Positions 36,715 through 50,127 of a stretch of 64,000 nucleotides of DNA are shown here, in pieces. The translations under genes and the position numbers were made by a program. Every line of letters starts with the position of its first letter. Position 1 is the stretch's first letter. The notes beneath the pieces were generated by a model that did not search any database, was not told the origin of the DNA, and saw nothing but the letters and a program-made list of their open reading frames with translations. The stretch is from Macrostomum lignano (Eukaryota). The stretch spans positions 248,001 through 312,000 of the forward strand of contig NIVC01000211.1 of assembly GCA_002269645.1 (NCBI GenBank). The letters run 5' to 3'.

Positions 36715-38060
36715 TACCTCTGCCTCTCCCTATGTCCTTTGCATCCTTTGAAACTTCTATCTTCTCTTCTGTTTCCTATTTTCTCTCTCGTCTCTTCTCT
36801 CTCTCCTTTCCTCTCTCCTTCTTTCTTTTCTCCTCTCTCCTCTCTAGTCTCTTCTCTCGTCTCTTCCCTCTCCCCTCTATTCTTTTCTTTCTCTTCTCCT
36901 CTCTTCTCTCTTCTCTCTGGTCTCTGGTCACTCATATCTCCTCTTTTATCTCTTCTCATTTCTCTCTGCTCTCTACTCTCTCTTCCCTCTCTCCTCTTCT
37001 CACCCCTTACTCTACCCTTTCTCAACACTTCCCTCATCTCTCCTCTCTCATTTTTCCTCTCTTCTCTCAACTCTCTCCTCTCCTCTGTACACTCTCTCCT
37101 CTCATCTCTTCTATCGTCTCTTCCATTACCTCTCTTCTCTCTCCTTTCTCTTCTTTTATCTTCTCTCTCTTATCTTTTGTCATTTCTCTCTGCACTCTCT
37201 CTTCTCCCCCCTCTTTCTCTCTCCTCTCATTTTTCTGCTCTCTCCTGTCCCATCTCTCTTCTCTCTAATCTCTCCCCTCTTTCCTCTCCTATCTCTTCCT
37301 TTTCACCAATTTCCCCTGTCCTCTCAATTCTCTCCCCTCCCCTCCTCTCTCCTCACTCACTTCTCATCTCTCCCTTGTCTCCACCTCTCATCTCTTATTT
37401 CTTATAGCTCTCTTTTTTTCTCTCTACTCTCCCATCTCTCGTCTGTTCACTCTCGTTTCTGCTCTCTCATCTCCCTTCTCTCATCTGTCATCTTTACTCT
37501 CATATGTTCTCTCACCTCTCTCCTCTTTTACTCCTCTCTTTCCTCTTTTTTGACTCAGGAGGACTTGATCCTTTCTTCTTTCTTCTCGTCTCTTCACTTC
37601 TATACTCTCTCCCTCTCTTGTCTTCTCTCTTCTCTCCCACTCTCCTCTCTCCTCTCTTATATCGTCTGTTCACTCTCATCTTCACTCTCTCATTCCCCTC
37701 TCTCTTCTGTCATCTCTACTCTCCTCTCTACTGTGTACTCTTCTCTTTCCCCTCTTCTGACTCCTCTCTTTCCTTACTCCTCTCTTCTCTTCCCTCTTTT
37801 ATACTCTCTCCCCTCTATTCTCTTCTCTCGTCTCTCTGCACTCTCTCTCTCTCTCTTCCTTCATCTGTCATCTCTACTCTCTCGATATATTTTCTTTCAT
37901 CTCTCTCATCTCTACTCGCTCCTCTACTCTCTCCTCTCTACTTGCTCCTCTCCACTCTCTCCTCTCATCGTCCTCACTCCCTCATCTCTCCTATTATCTT
38001 TTATCTTTTCTCTTATTCCCTTTCTCACCTCTCCTCTCTTTTCGAATAGTCTATTCCTTC
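36715..38060. repeat. Long CT-rich polypyrimidine low-complexity tract
   Basis: Almost purely C/T on the + strand; similar tracts at 39430-40470 and 41760-42450. Confidence 0.9.
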
Positions 38061-38699
38061 TCCACACTCTCAACTGCCCCTCAGCCATAAGCTGGATTCT
38101 TTTCTGGACTTTGAGGTAAAAGTCTGCCCATTCCTGCTTGGAAAGCCAGTTTGTGGGACGTAGTACTCTCATGGCTGTTCTCATGCTTTGATCATGTCAT
38201 CTTTCTTGCCAATTTGCAAGCCCTGAAAAGAATTTGTGTATCTTCAGCTCCACTGCAGTCTGCATCAGTCTAACAACCAAGGAAATACGCATTTCTTAGG
38301 AGGCCATTTAAATTTCAAAGTACTTTTAAGAGAAACTTAAAATTTCCATGGTGTGACTGTGACTAATTTAGTAGGGTTGAATCGCATTGCATTGCCTTTT
38401 CATAAATCTTTCGCTTTTACAAACCATGCTGGATTGCCTTGATTTGCCAACTGCCACCCACTGTTAAACTGATGCAGAGTTTGCCTATACAGAGGACAGT
38501 GGTTAGAATTTCTCACTAAACTGTTATGCATGGCTAACGTAGCCTCTCCACGGGGGTGCAGAGAAGGCCATAAACAAAGCTATTCCAAAACACTGTACAT
38601 TGCCATGTACATTCAGCCCTATCGCCTGACCCTTGGTCTGGCTCTGGGGGAATTAGTGAGTGAGTGGAACAAACAACAGAAAAAGCAGACAAACTTCAC

Positions 38700-39287
38700 A
38701 TGCTTACAGTTTCTGTTCTGATTGAGATACAGAGTTCAGACTTTATATTTGGACAGAGAATAAGTCAATAAAGAATTGTGTCAAGTTTGAAGTCAATCGC
38801 TTTACGTGGAGCAAACTTATGGCAGCTGAAAGTTAGTCAATTTTGAAACCCTTTTACACATCTGGGCCCAGATCGGGAAAGAGAGGCAGGCGGGCGGAGG
38901 TTGGGGTGGCTGCCTCGCTGAAAAAAAACAGCCTAACTTTAAAATTGCACACCGGCTTTCAGGATTAACTTTAAAATTTGAAATTTTACATGATTATGTC
39001 AAAATAGTTGAAGATTGTATGTGTCAAATTTGAAGAGAATCGGTAGAAGTGGAACGGCGCTATGGAGGATTAAGTGAAAAAATTGCGCATTTTGAGCAGT
39101 TTTTTGTACTTTTAGGCAGGAAGAAGACTTGAGTCTAGGAAATTTAAAGGTAGCGTAAGACATTCTCCGTAGTAAGCTTAGGGTGGGTGTAAAGTTTGGT
39201 GTAATTTGGTTGAGCGGTTTGGGAGTCCATAGCGAACAAAATTGTCCACAGACAGACAGACAGAGTTTTGATTTTTATATGTATACG
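38700..39287. mobile_element. Interspersed non-autonomous repeat (Lep1/Helitron-like 3' end), related to 40870-41560 and 43225-43965
   Basis: Shared CGGGCGGAGGTTGGGGTGGCT motif; ends with (CAGA)n plus a T-rich/TAT terminus; family assignment by resemblance only. Confidence 0.4.
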
Positions 39288-42200
39288 AGTGGAACTCCTC
39301 CTTCGGAGGAGAAAGGGGAAGAACTCCCATCACCGGAATTCCATTCCCTGAAATATCCATCAACTGAAATTCCATGTCTTGAACCCTATCTTCCAAATCG
39401 TCTCCAAATTCTTTACAAAACCTTTCAAAGCCCATAGCTTAAAGACTCTCACGTCTCTCATATCTCCTCTCTCCTCTCTTCGCTATTATCGTGACTCTCT
39501 TCTCTCTCCTCTCTCTCATCTCATCTCTACCCCTACTCCCTTATTTATCTCTTCTCCCTCATCTTTCGTCTGTACCCTCTCCTGTCTCTTGTCTCCTCTC
39601 TTCTCTCATATCTCTCCTCTTCACTTCTGTCTCCTGTCTTCTCTTCTCTCCTCTCTCATATCTCATATCTACTCACTTATCTATCGTCTCTCCTTAACCC
39701 TCTCTCTCTCTTCTCTTTTCTCTCCTCTCTGCTCTTATTTCTCATATCTTATATACGCTCTCACTCTCTACTTTCTTATCTCCCATCTTTTTTCTCCTTT
39801 CCACTATCCTCTGTCTCTTCTCTTCTCTCCTTTCTCCTTTCATCTTCTCCCCTCTCTTCTCTAATCTCTAATCTCTTCTCTCTTATGTTCTCACTCATCT
39901 CTTTTCTCATCGCACCTCTCATTTCTTTTCTCATCGCATCTCTCATCTCTCCTCTCCTCACTACTTTCCTCTCTTAACCCTCTCATCTCTGATCCTTCAT
40001 CTCTCTCCTATCTCGCCTCTCTCTTCTCCTCTCGCTTCTTGATCTCCTCTCTCTCCTCTCATCTCTACTACCCTATTTATATCTTCTCCCTGGTCTTTCG
40101 TCTCTACTCTCTCCTGTCTCCTTTCTTCCCTCTTTTCTCCTCTTTTCTCTCTCCTCTCTCCCCTCCCCTCTCATCTCTCATCCCTCATCTCATTCTTTCT
40201 TTCTCCTCTACTTCCCCTCTCTTCTATTTCCTCTGTACGCTCTTATCCCTCATCTATTCTCTCTCCTATCATCTCTCTTGTCTCTCTCTGCTATCTCATA
40301 TCTCCCCTCTCATCTCCTCTCTCCTCTTCTCTTCTCTCTCCTTCGTTCCCGCCTTACTCCCCTTTTCTCTCCCATCTGTCATGTCTAATCTCTCCACTCA
40401 TTTCTACTCTGTTTTCTATCATCTCATCTCTCTTCTCTTTTCATTCTTTTCTTTACTTTCTTCTATGACTGATTGAAGATGCCAAATCCATCAAGATCCT
40501 CTCCGCGAAGCAGAAGCAAGATCGTCTCCGCTAAACTGGACTCAATCGAATTTTTTCCGTCAAACAACTCAACTCTCCGGATTCATTGGTTAGGGTTAGG
40601 GTTAGGGTTAGAACTACGCACAGCTTCGTGTCAAAAGGCACTGATAAAAATATTCAACTAATTGAATCAATTCATTGCGCAACCGATTTCACAGTCAGTC
40701 AGTCAGTATCAGTCTCAGTTAAGGTTAACAAAAACATTGCGCAATCTAAATCAACCCTCCAATACACAGCAGCAGTGAGAAGTTGAACCCGTCCCCTAAC
40801 TTTATCTATTACATCTCGCAAAACTGAGTACAATTTTTGCAGAAAGTTGAAAGTATGGAAATAGTTTTTTAAATGCGGTGCTTTTTCTTTTCATATATAA
40901 AGCAAACAACTTTTACCCCTGAACTCAGCGCTGCAAGATCTTTCCAGCAATATAAGTGTCTCCTCTCAAAGTTTAAAACTCGAGAAACAGTTAGCGTTAG
41001 AAATTTACCGATTTCCCGACTGCTTGCTTGAGATAGAGAAGCTCGCAATTCATTGAATTTCACTGCCAAACTAATACACAGGGCTGCCTATGGAAAAAAG
41101 GCGCCAATAATAAAACCAAATGAATCTCGACACAGTCTATCTATTTACACTGTACAACTGCTATGTACACTCAGCCCAAGCCCAACCCCCGTTCTGGGGG
41201 AAGCATTAACTTTAACTCAACCCCCCAACACGCGGGGGGTTTTATTTGCATTGAACCCAGAACACGCGCACCCACCACCCCTCAATACACAGCGGCCCGC
41301 GGGCGGAGGTTGGGGTGGCTATTTTTACAAACTGGCTGCAGCCCCAGTCAGAGTGGCCAAAGAAGGTTATTGAGGGTTAAAAAGCAGTTTTCTGCTTTTT
41401 TAGGGATGTTAAAATGAGAAAATTAAAAATTAAAATAGCCTAAAGCCTGCTCCGGAAAATTTGCAGTTTTCCCATATAAGTTTCGACGCTGACTTGGCAG
41501 AATTGTAGGAGTTCACTTGCAACAGACAGACACACAAACATCGCGTCAGTTTTAGTATTAGTAGAAGTGGAACTCTTCCTTCGGAGGAGAAAGAGGAAGA
41601 ACTCCCATCACCGGAATTCCATTCCCTGAAATATCCATCAACTGAAATTCTATGTCTTGAATCCCATCTTCCAAATTGTCTCCAAATCCTCTACAAAGCC
41701 TTTCAAATCAAATACCACATTCTTGTTTTCCATGTTTGCAAATACTGACTGCCATTGTCCAGACTCAGACTCCCCTGTCTCCTGTTTCCTTTTTGCTCTC
41801 TCAGCTCTAAAGTCTCTCATCTCTTCTCTCTGTGTTCCTCTCTTACCCTCCTTTTTTCCCTCACTACTTTTTTCCTCTCAACTCTCTTATATCTGATCTT
41901 TCATCTATCTTCTCTGTACTCTCTCCCTTTCTGGCTTCTCTCTCCTCTCTCTCTCTCCTCTCATCTCTACTCCCTTATTTATCTCTTCTTCATTGTCTTT
42001 CGTATGTACCCTCTCCTATCTCCTCTCTCCTGCCTCCTCTTTTGTCTCTTATCTCCCCCCTCTTCTCTCCTCTCTCATATCTCTACTCTTTTATCTATTA
42101 TCTTTCCCCTACCCTATAACTCTAATTTTCTCTCTTTTCTCTGCTCTTATTTCTCATATCTCCTATATGCTCTCACCCTCTCCTTTCTTATCTCCCATCT

Positions 42201-43901
42201 TTCTTCTCTGCTTTCTATCATTTCCTGTCCCCTCTCCTTTCTTTTCTCTCCCCTCCTTTCTCCTCTCATCTTCTCCCCTCTCTTCTTTAATCTCCAATCT
42301 CTTCTCTCTTCTCTAATCTTTAATCTCTTCTCTCTCATTTTCTCACTCATCTTCTTTCTCATCGCATATCTTATCTCCCCTCTCTGCAAATTTATCTTTA
42401 GCCTCTTCTTTCTCCTCACTACTTTCTTCTCTTACCTCTCTCATCTCTGATCTGATCTCTGACCACCGAAATCCTCTCCGTGAAACATGACTCCATTAAT
42501 ATCCTCTCCGTGAATCAGAAATGCTTCAAAGTCCTCTTCGTTGTACAAAACTCCATCAAAAGCCTCTTCATTAAACAGAATACAATCAAAAGCTACTCCG
42601 TGAAACATGACTCCATTAATATCCTCTCCGTGAAACAGAAATGCTTCAAAGTCCTCTTCGTTGAACAAAACTCCATCAAAAGCCTCTTCATTGAACAGAA
42701 CACAATCAAAAGCATCTCCGTGAAACTGAAAACCATCGAAATCCGTCAAATGGATATCCATCAAAATTCTCTCCGTGAAACAGAAATTTATCAAATTTTT
42801 TTGGGAAACTGAAAGCCATCGAAATCGTCTCCGTGAAACAGAACGTATAAAATTCTTTTCATGAAACTGAATTTCGTCAAAATTCTCTCCTTTCAACGTC
42901 AATCCATCAATATCATCTCCGTCAAGCTGCGATTCATCAATTTTTAATCATAATACCTGACATCTCCATGAAATTGCAGTCCATCATGACTGCTAAATAG
43001 AGATCCAAAAGATGTTTTTTTCCATACTTAAAAATATTCAAGTTAGAGGGCGTCAGTGGTTAGGGTTAGAGTTAGGGTTAGGGTTTCATCGTTCTTTCAT
43101 TTCATTGCTATCTGTAGCCTCTACTGGGCATTCACTGTGTACACTGAACCCTATCGCGCCACCTGGCCAACAGAGTGTTTTAATTGAATTGTACGCAGAA
43201 CACGTGTCAGAAAATTTAAAGAATGATTTTTTCTTGAATGCTGTGCTTTTTGTTTTCATTTTCAAAGCAAAAACTTTTATCCCCGAACTCAGCATTGCAA
43301 GCTCTTTCCAGCAATATAGGTCTCTCCTCTCAAAGTTTAAAACTCGAGGAAACTCGAGGAAAAGTTAGCGTTTGTAATTTCCCAATTTCCCGACTGCTTG
43401 CCTGAGAGGCTCGCAAGTTTGTTCAATGAATTTCACTGTCTAGCAAGACACAGACAGGGCTGCGTATTGAAAGGCACCGATAATAAAACCAATTAAATCT
43501 CGGCACCGTCCTATCTACTGCTTACACTGAACAACTGCTATGTACACACAGTCCAAGCCCAACCCCCCTCCGTTTCGGGGGAATCGTTAACTTTAACTCA
43601 ACCCTCAACACGCGGGGGTTTTATTTGCATTGAACGCAAGAACACGCGCACCCCCCCCCCAAACACAGCGACCCGCGGGCGGAGGTTGGGGTGGCTATTT
43701 TTACAAACTGGCTGCAGCCCCAGGCAGAGTGGCCAAAGAAGGTTATTGGGGGTTGAAAAAGCAGTTTTCTGTTTTTTAGGGATGTTAAAATGTGAAGATT
43801 AAAAATTAAAATAGCCTAAATCTTGATCGGGAAAATTTGCAGTTTTCCTATATAAGTTTCGACGCCGACTTGCCAGAATTGTAGGAGTTCACTTGCAACA
43901 T

Positions 43902-43940
<39 letters not shown>

Positions 43941-43965
43941 AACATCGCGTCGGTTTTAGTATTAG
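39288..43965. repeat. Diverged ~2.3-kb tandem duplication (39288-41565 and 41566-43965)
   Basis: Both units start AGTGGAACTC..CCTTCGGAGGAGAAAG and contain a CT tract, a short TTAGGG run and a ~700-bp repeat element. Confidence 0.8.
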
Positions 43966-44157
43966 GACGAGAGAGAAGATTACTTACATATTCCGTAGAA
44001 ATACTTAAACAGCAAACTGAATGCCCATTTATATATGCACTAGAGTTTTAGTATTAGGATAGAGTAAAATGAAATTCCAACCATTATTAAATACTTAGCA
44101 CAAGCAACAAAGTTTAAAAAACTTTTCACTCTTCAATTCATACATCCACAGATTACA

Positions 44158-47100
44158 ATGGATTACAATGTTTACAAGGCATTTTTGAAGCGTGATTTAA
44201 GCAAAGTAAAACAAGTGACTGAGAAGTTTGGTCTGCAGCGGTGCCTGGCTGCAAGAACTGCTAAAAATGAAAGCATCTTGGTTGCAGCAGCTTTAAACAC
44301 GGCGAATCCAAAAGTGTTTCGGTGGCTCGTTTCCATTGTCCAGGAAAAGCAGCAGTTCTTTGCTCGAGACAATGACGGCTACAGTGCTGTTAGCATTGCA
44401 TTTTCTGAGCTGGATTTAGACACACTAAAACAAGTGACTGAGAAGCTCGATCTGCAGCAGTGCTTGGCTGCAAGAACTGTTAAAAATGAAAGTGTCTTGC
44501 TCAGAGCAGCTTTTAACACGGCGAATCCGAAAGTATTTCAATGGCTCATATCCATTGTCGAGGACAAGCAGCAGTTCTTTGCTCGAGACAATGACGGCTA
44601 CAGTGCTATTAGCATTGCATTTTCTGAGCTGGATTTATACACACTACAACAAGTGACTGAGAAGCTCGGTCTGCAGCAGTGCCTGGCTCATAAAACTGCT
44701 AAAAATGAAAGTGTCTTACTCAGAGCAGCTTTCAACACGGCGAATCCGAAAGTGTTTCTGTGGCTCATATCCATTGTCGAGGACAAGCAGCAGTTCTTTG
44801 TTCGAGAAGATTCCGGCGAGAGTGCTGTTAGCATTGCATTTTTAAAGCTGGATTTAGACACACTACAACAAGTGACTGAGAAGCTCGGTCTGCAGCAGTG
44901 CCTGGCTCATAAAACTGCTAAAAATCAAAGTGTCTTGCTCAGAGCAGCTTTCAACACGGCGAATCCGAAAGTGTTTCAGTGGCTCATATCCATTGTCGAG
45001 GACAAGCAGCAGTTCTTTGTTCGAGAAGATTCCGGCGAGAGTGCTGTTAGCATTGCATTTTTCAAGCTGGATTTATACACACTACAACAAATGACTGAGA
45101 AGTTCGGTCTGCAGCAGTGCCTGGCTCATAAAACTGCTAAAAATCAAAGTGTCTTGCTCAGAGCAGCTTTGAACACGGCGAATCCGAAAGTGTTTCTGTG
45201 GCTCATACCCATTGTCGAGGACAAGCAGCAATTCTTTGCTCGAGACGATTCCGGCGAGAGTGCTGTTAGCATTGCATTTTTAAAGCTGGATTTAGACACA
45301 CTACAGCAAGTGACTGAGAAGCTCGGTCTGCAGCAGTGCCTGGATCATAAAACTGCTAAAAATCAAAGTGTCTTGCTCAGAGCAGCTGCAAACACGGCGA
45401 ATCCGGCAGTGTTTCAGTGGCTCATATCCATTGTCGAGGACAAGCAGCAGTTCCTTATTCGTGATTTCGATGATGACACTGCCATACACTTTGCATTTTC
45501 ACATCAAAATTTGACGGCACTGCATTCGCTTATCGAAAAAATTGGGTGGAAAGACTGTCTGAGCATTGCTAATCATCGGCAGCGAACCCAGTTTTATCTT
45601 TCTGCTCTTAACTGCACACAGCCAGACGTTTTTCAATGGCTATGGGATCGAGTCAAAAATGAGGATCGACACGCTTTGGTTGATATTTGTGAAACAGACT
45701 CCGAAGGCAATAGTATGTTACACGCAGTGTTCAGAAATCTGAACCGGTTTTGTGATTCAGATCGACTGGCCCTACTCATCAATCGCATACAGTGTCTTGT
45801 TGATAACGGTGTTGATCCTGCAGCTGAAAACAAGCAGAAGCATAATTGTCTTTTTGCTTCAATTTCCAGTGAAACTAACTTGAGAGACGTTTTGAACGCT
45901 CTGTCGAAGTCTCCTCTAGCGAAGGTTTTTAAGAATCTTCAAAAAAACTCGGAAGGTCTGCACGTGACTCACGTTTTTTGCCTAAAATACGAGCTTCCGG
46001 TGATTGCAGATGAGTTATTCAGGCTTTGTGGTCTCAGTTCTGAAGAACTTTTAGATGTTCGAGTCACTACGGGTCCATTTAAAGAAGCAAAATGTTTGCA
46101 CTTTGCCTGCGAATGTGGCAACAAAGAAAACATCAAATATCTTCTAAGGCATGGTGCGAAACTGGAGGCTGAGACGGCAGCTGGGCAGACGTGCGTCGAC
46201 TTTGCCTGCAACAAGGAGACGCTCGAAGTTCTTGTTGAGCTTGCAGATGACATCAAGGAACTTCCTAAAGAGAAGACATTTACCATTAGAGAACTGCTCA
46301 AGTTAGTGGATGTTGCAAAGAGGGCGCTGAAACTTCCTGACAAGCAAAGCGCACGGAATTACTTGACTCAGTTTAATGACTTCTCGCTCAAGGCTAGCAT
46401 TGAAGATGACAGAAGCCCTGCACTGAGGAAATCTCAGGAAGATGGCGACAAGAGAAATGAGCGGAAGCAAGGACGAGAAAATGGCATCATGCCAAATTCT
46501 GAAGAATCTCCAGAAGTTCGGATGCTGCTCAGAGCCTTCGAGCTGGACTCAGCGGAAATGTTGCGAGGCTTGATCAGTTTGGGCTTTGCTATCGATGAGA
46601 TTGATGACCAGTTTCATAAGCATATTGTATCTCAGATTCGAAAACAGCAGCCAGGTTCAAAGTCGCCCATTATAGCGACTCTGCTGCAGTTTTTCCCAGA
46701 GCAAGACAAAAATTTAAAAGCCCTCGAGCTAATGGAATACGCCGTGCTGCTCGAGAAACCAAAGCTTCTTAACGACCTCATGCTGCTGCCTCAATTCGAC
46801 ATCATCTCTCAGACCCTGAGGTTGCTTATTTATCTCAAGCCGAAAGTCAGGTCAAGTAAAAGTGAAACTATGCAGAAGGTGCAACTTCGAGCGTTAAATG
46901 TTGTTGTCAACATCCTGGACCATCTCTATGCCAATGGCGATGAAGATGAACGGAAAAATCTGTTCGACTACCTGACTGGCTCGTTTTGTGTCTCAGATAA
47001 ACAGGCTGATGCTGGGCCGAGGTTTTTACCACCAATTGAATCCGTTTCTCGACCTGCGAAGAAGCCTTCAAATGAAGTTGATAAAGAGTTTGTGTCAGTC

Positions 47101-48635
47101 ATGCATCTTGTGAAGACTCTGGACTGTGACGACTTGTTCGCCACTGACTGCATCAGCAATTTGGTGGATCAGCACTGGAAAAAGCCTCCACCGTTGCCCT
47201 GGAGCAGCTTTCCTCACTGCTGCACCGGTAAGAGGCCTGCAAATACAACAGTTTGGCAGAGATATATAATACATGTCGTCGCTTTCCTGCTCTTCCTGCT
47301 CTACTTTGCCTGGTACGTGACGGACTTCAGTCGGATCCAGCAGTCTCCAGCTCCAGACATCATTCTGCTGTCGTACGCACTGTCCTTCACTCTGCAGGAA
47401 ATCAATGATTTTCTTAACAATGTTTCTCGAAAGGAAGTGACAATATTCGGCCGACATCGAAGAGTTCCTGGCTACTTCACAGACCTGTTCAACTACTTTG
47501 ACATGACTGGGTTACTGCTGATGTGGGCAGGTCTGGTCCTGAAGCTGCTCGGCGAGCTCAGCGACTCCAGCCTCCTGCGCAGCAGTCAGGTTGTGCTGAG
47601 TGCCTCATTCCTGATACTGGGATTCCGCTCTGTTTCCCTGCTCAGCTACTTCAAAGTCACCGGGCCGAAGATCAACATGCTAAAGAGCCTTCTGTTCCAA
47701 GACCTTCTGCCATTCATACTGATCTTGCTGGTGCTGGTGTACTCATTCGGCGTCTTCTTCTTCAACCTGCTATTTCCGGCCTTCTCAGACTCAAAAGATG
47801 CTCAGGCTCTGACAAAGGTGTTCACCGTACCCGTATCGCTGGCTTTTGGGATCTTCGAAAACGCGCAGTTCGAGTCGTGCAGCTCCAGCAACCTCGCGAC
47901 TGGAGAGTCCTGTGCGGATGAAGCTGGAAACAAGGCTTACAACGGAATTCTGGTGTTTGTATACCTCCTTCTGGTGAATATTGTGATGTGGAACCTGCTG
48001 ATTGCGCTGTTCAGCCGCACCGTGACGGAGTTGGCGAGCAGGGCGGAGGTTCTGTGGCGCAAGAATCTGTTCGAGCTGCTGCGGGAGTTCGCGGAGGTCA
48101 GTCCAGTTCCGCCGCCGCTGTCATTCCTGCACTACGCCTGGAAACTGCTGGTGAGGTGTCGGTGCGGGCGGCGCTGTGGCAAAGTGGGTCCTGACGGTTC
48201 TGAGGTAAGATCATAGCTTAGCAGAATATTGTCAAGCCAGTTTTTTTCATGTGTATACACTGGTGTATATATATATATATATATATAAGCACTGACTTCT
48301 TGCATTTGGTCCTTCTCCAGCCATGGTGGAAAAACAAAAAAGACTTCAGCGGCTACCCAGAAGGCTACAAGCGCTTCCTGATTTCCCAGGCTAAACGACT
48401 GCGGGAGCACCGGCCCCGGCTGCAGCGGCCTGTGGAGAGGCACAAGGGCGACACCGATGTGCTCAAGGCGCACGTGGAGAACCAAGCCCTGGATTTGCGT
48501 TTAGATAACGATAGAATAGAGGCGCAATGGAATGGAAAAGCTGAAGCAATTGAAATGCGACAATTGAATATCGAGCAGCAACTGTCCCAGATGACGAACA
48601 CTTTGAACCAGATTCAGCAGCAGATACAGCGGTAA
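44158..48635 (+). CDS. Ankyrin-repeat TRP-family cation channel with TRPM-like pore/TRP-box; exons 44158-48204 and 48321-48635; ~1453 aa
   Basis: N-terminal ankyrin-like repeats; six hydrophobic TM segments; S4-S5 GPKINML; S6 NLLIALFS; TRP-box LWRKNLFELLREF..PVPPPL; GAG|GTAAGA donor and CTCCAG acceptor join in phase 0; C-terminal coiled coil; AATAAA at 48670. Confidence 0.9.
44350..45444 (+). repeat. Five near-identical 219-bp (73-aa, two ankyrin-like repeats each) tandem units within the channel CDS
   Basis: Unit starts at 44350, 44569, 44788, 45007, 45226 and (diverged) 45445; partial unit precedes. Confidence 0.95.
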
Positions 48636-50127
48636 GAAAAAAGCTAAATGTTTTCCAATTTAGGAATTCAATAAAGTCAAAACTCTAGCAAAGCAGAAGA
48701 TGCAAGCAATGGTAGCAATTCAAAGTTTACTAGTACGAGCCCTTTTTTAATGTGGGTTTTATTAAAGTGAGATTTATCAGTCTGTTACAGCTTTCAGAGG
48801 AAATTAAATTGCTGCAAAATTACCTGCCAATTTCCAGACTTTCGGACTCAGCACGCGAATGAGCAGCTCGTGTTTTCTTATGGGCGTCATGATCTCTACA
48901 ACAGTCTCTACTACAACTTCAACTACAAGCTCGACTACGATCTCTACTACATCATCTGACCAATCGCGTTGTGAGCAAATCTGCCAGCTTCTGCTTTTGC
49001 CAACTTTTCATCGTTGTGAGCCTCTTTTTTGCAACTGGCTGCTTTAACTAATTTAGGAATGTCTTAAACCCTGCTGGTTACTGAAAATTACACTAAGTAG
49101 AACTGCTAAAAGTAATTAAGTTGTTTGAAGTTTTGCTATGAAGTTTCCATTATTTTATGAACAAAAGTTGAAAAAAATTGTTAATTAAAGATAGATGTAA
49201 CAACATTTTAAAGCATAATTTCGGTTCTTCGGGATTTCATTCGGTAATATTCAGCAGTATCACAAAAAATCTTACTATTTATGTTTTAAAGGAGATGAAA
49301 AATGTGTTTCTCGGAAAGCTACGAGCGTATAATTATCATAACCCCCTAGGCGTTCTGTGTTTGCCATGTTTTCCACTTCAACTCATTCATAACCTTGCCA
49401 CTTGATTTTGCATTTTTATTGGAGTAAAAATCGCTTGAGATGTGAACTGAATCTCTGAGTATTGAATTTCAAGTTATTTGTAGTTGACAACGATTTGGTC
49501 TCAATGTAGGCATGGCTGTTGCCACTCGGGTCGTCCGTGAACGCTGTGAACTCTACAATAACCATCAAAGGCGTCACAATCCATATTTCCTATAATTATC
49601 AATATGAATTTCAGCAGTCGGATGACATAAAGTGCTCCGAATTTCGGTTTATCCAGCTTTTCGATTCGCATCGAGTCTCCAGTCAACTTATTGATGCTAA
49701 ACCATTTATGACGTAGCATCGTCCGATACCTGCTTACCCCAGGTTACAGCTCTGATAGCAAGTGTCATTCTGCTGCGTTTCATAGACTATTTTAAAAAGC
49801 TACACATACTGAAAGTGATTGACAGGTGCTTCAAATATCAGCATGTTTATTTGCAGGCTGTTAAAGCATGAGGATGGGTTTTGCCATCGAAATTTTACCC
49901 TTAGATCTCTCAAGCCATCGACATATCGAAATCAAGTCACAAGGTTATGAGTTCAAGTGGAAAACGTTCTTATTTTCTTATCATAGCTAGTCATCATTAG
50001 TGCGCCGCCAGCTGCTGTGGATGATCTGTATTGGAGCAGTACTATGACAGTATTATAAAGTTAAACAGAAAATCCTATATAAAGTGATAACCAGAGACTC
50101 TTTTGATTCGTTGATTCTCCTCAACTG

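Noticed and set aside
40589-40610. (TTAGGG)3 here and a similar run at ~43059-43083
   Set aside because: Too short for a telomere or healing site; part of the duplicated repeat element
36672-42450. Ser/Leu-rich and Arg/Glu-rich ORFs resembling membrane proteins
   Set aside because: Products of CT-rich low-complexity DNA; no splice or domain support
42441-42902. ORF with Phe every 5 residues, pentapeptide-repeat-like
   Set aside because: Reflects a degenerate 15-bp DNA periodicity typical of MITE subterminal repeats (similar motifs at ~40480-40580); the i-2 positions are often Glu, unlike true pentapeptide repeats
48859-49719. Short ORFs downstream of the channel (Thr-rich 48859..49047; 49501..49719)
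   Set aside because: No recognisable motifs or consistent splice structure; cannot support a gene
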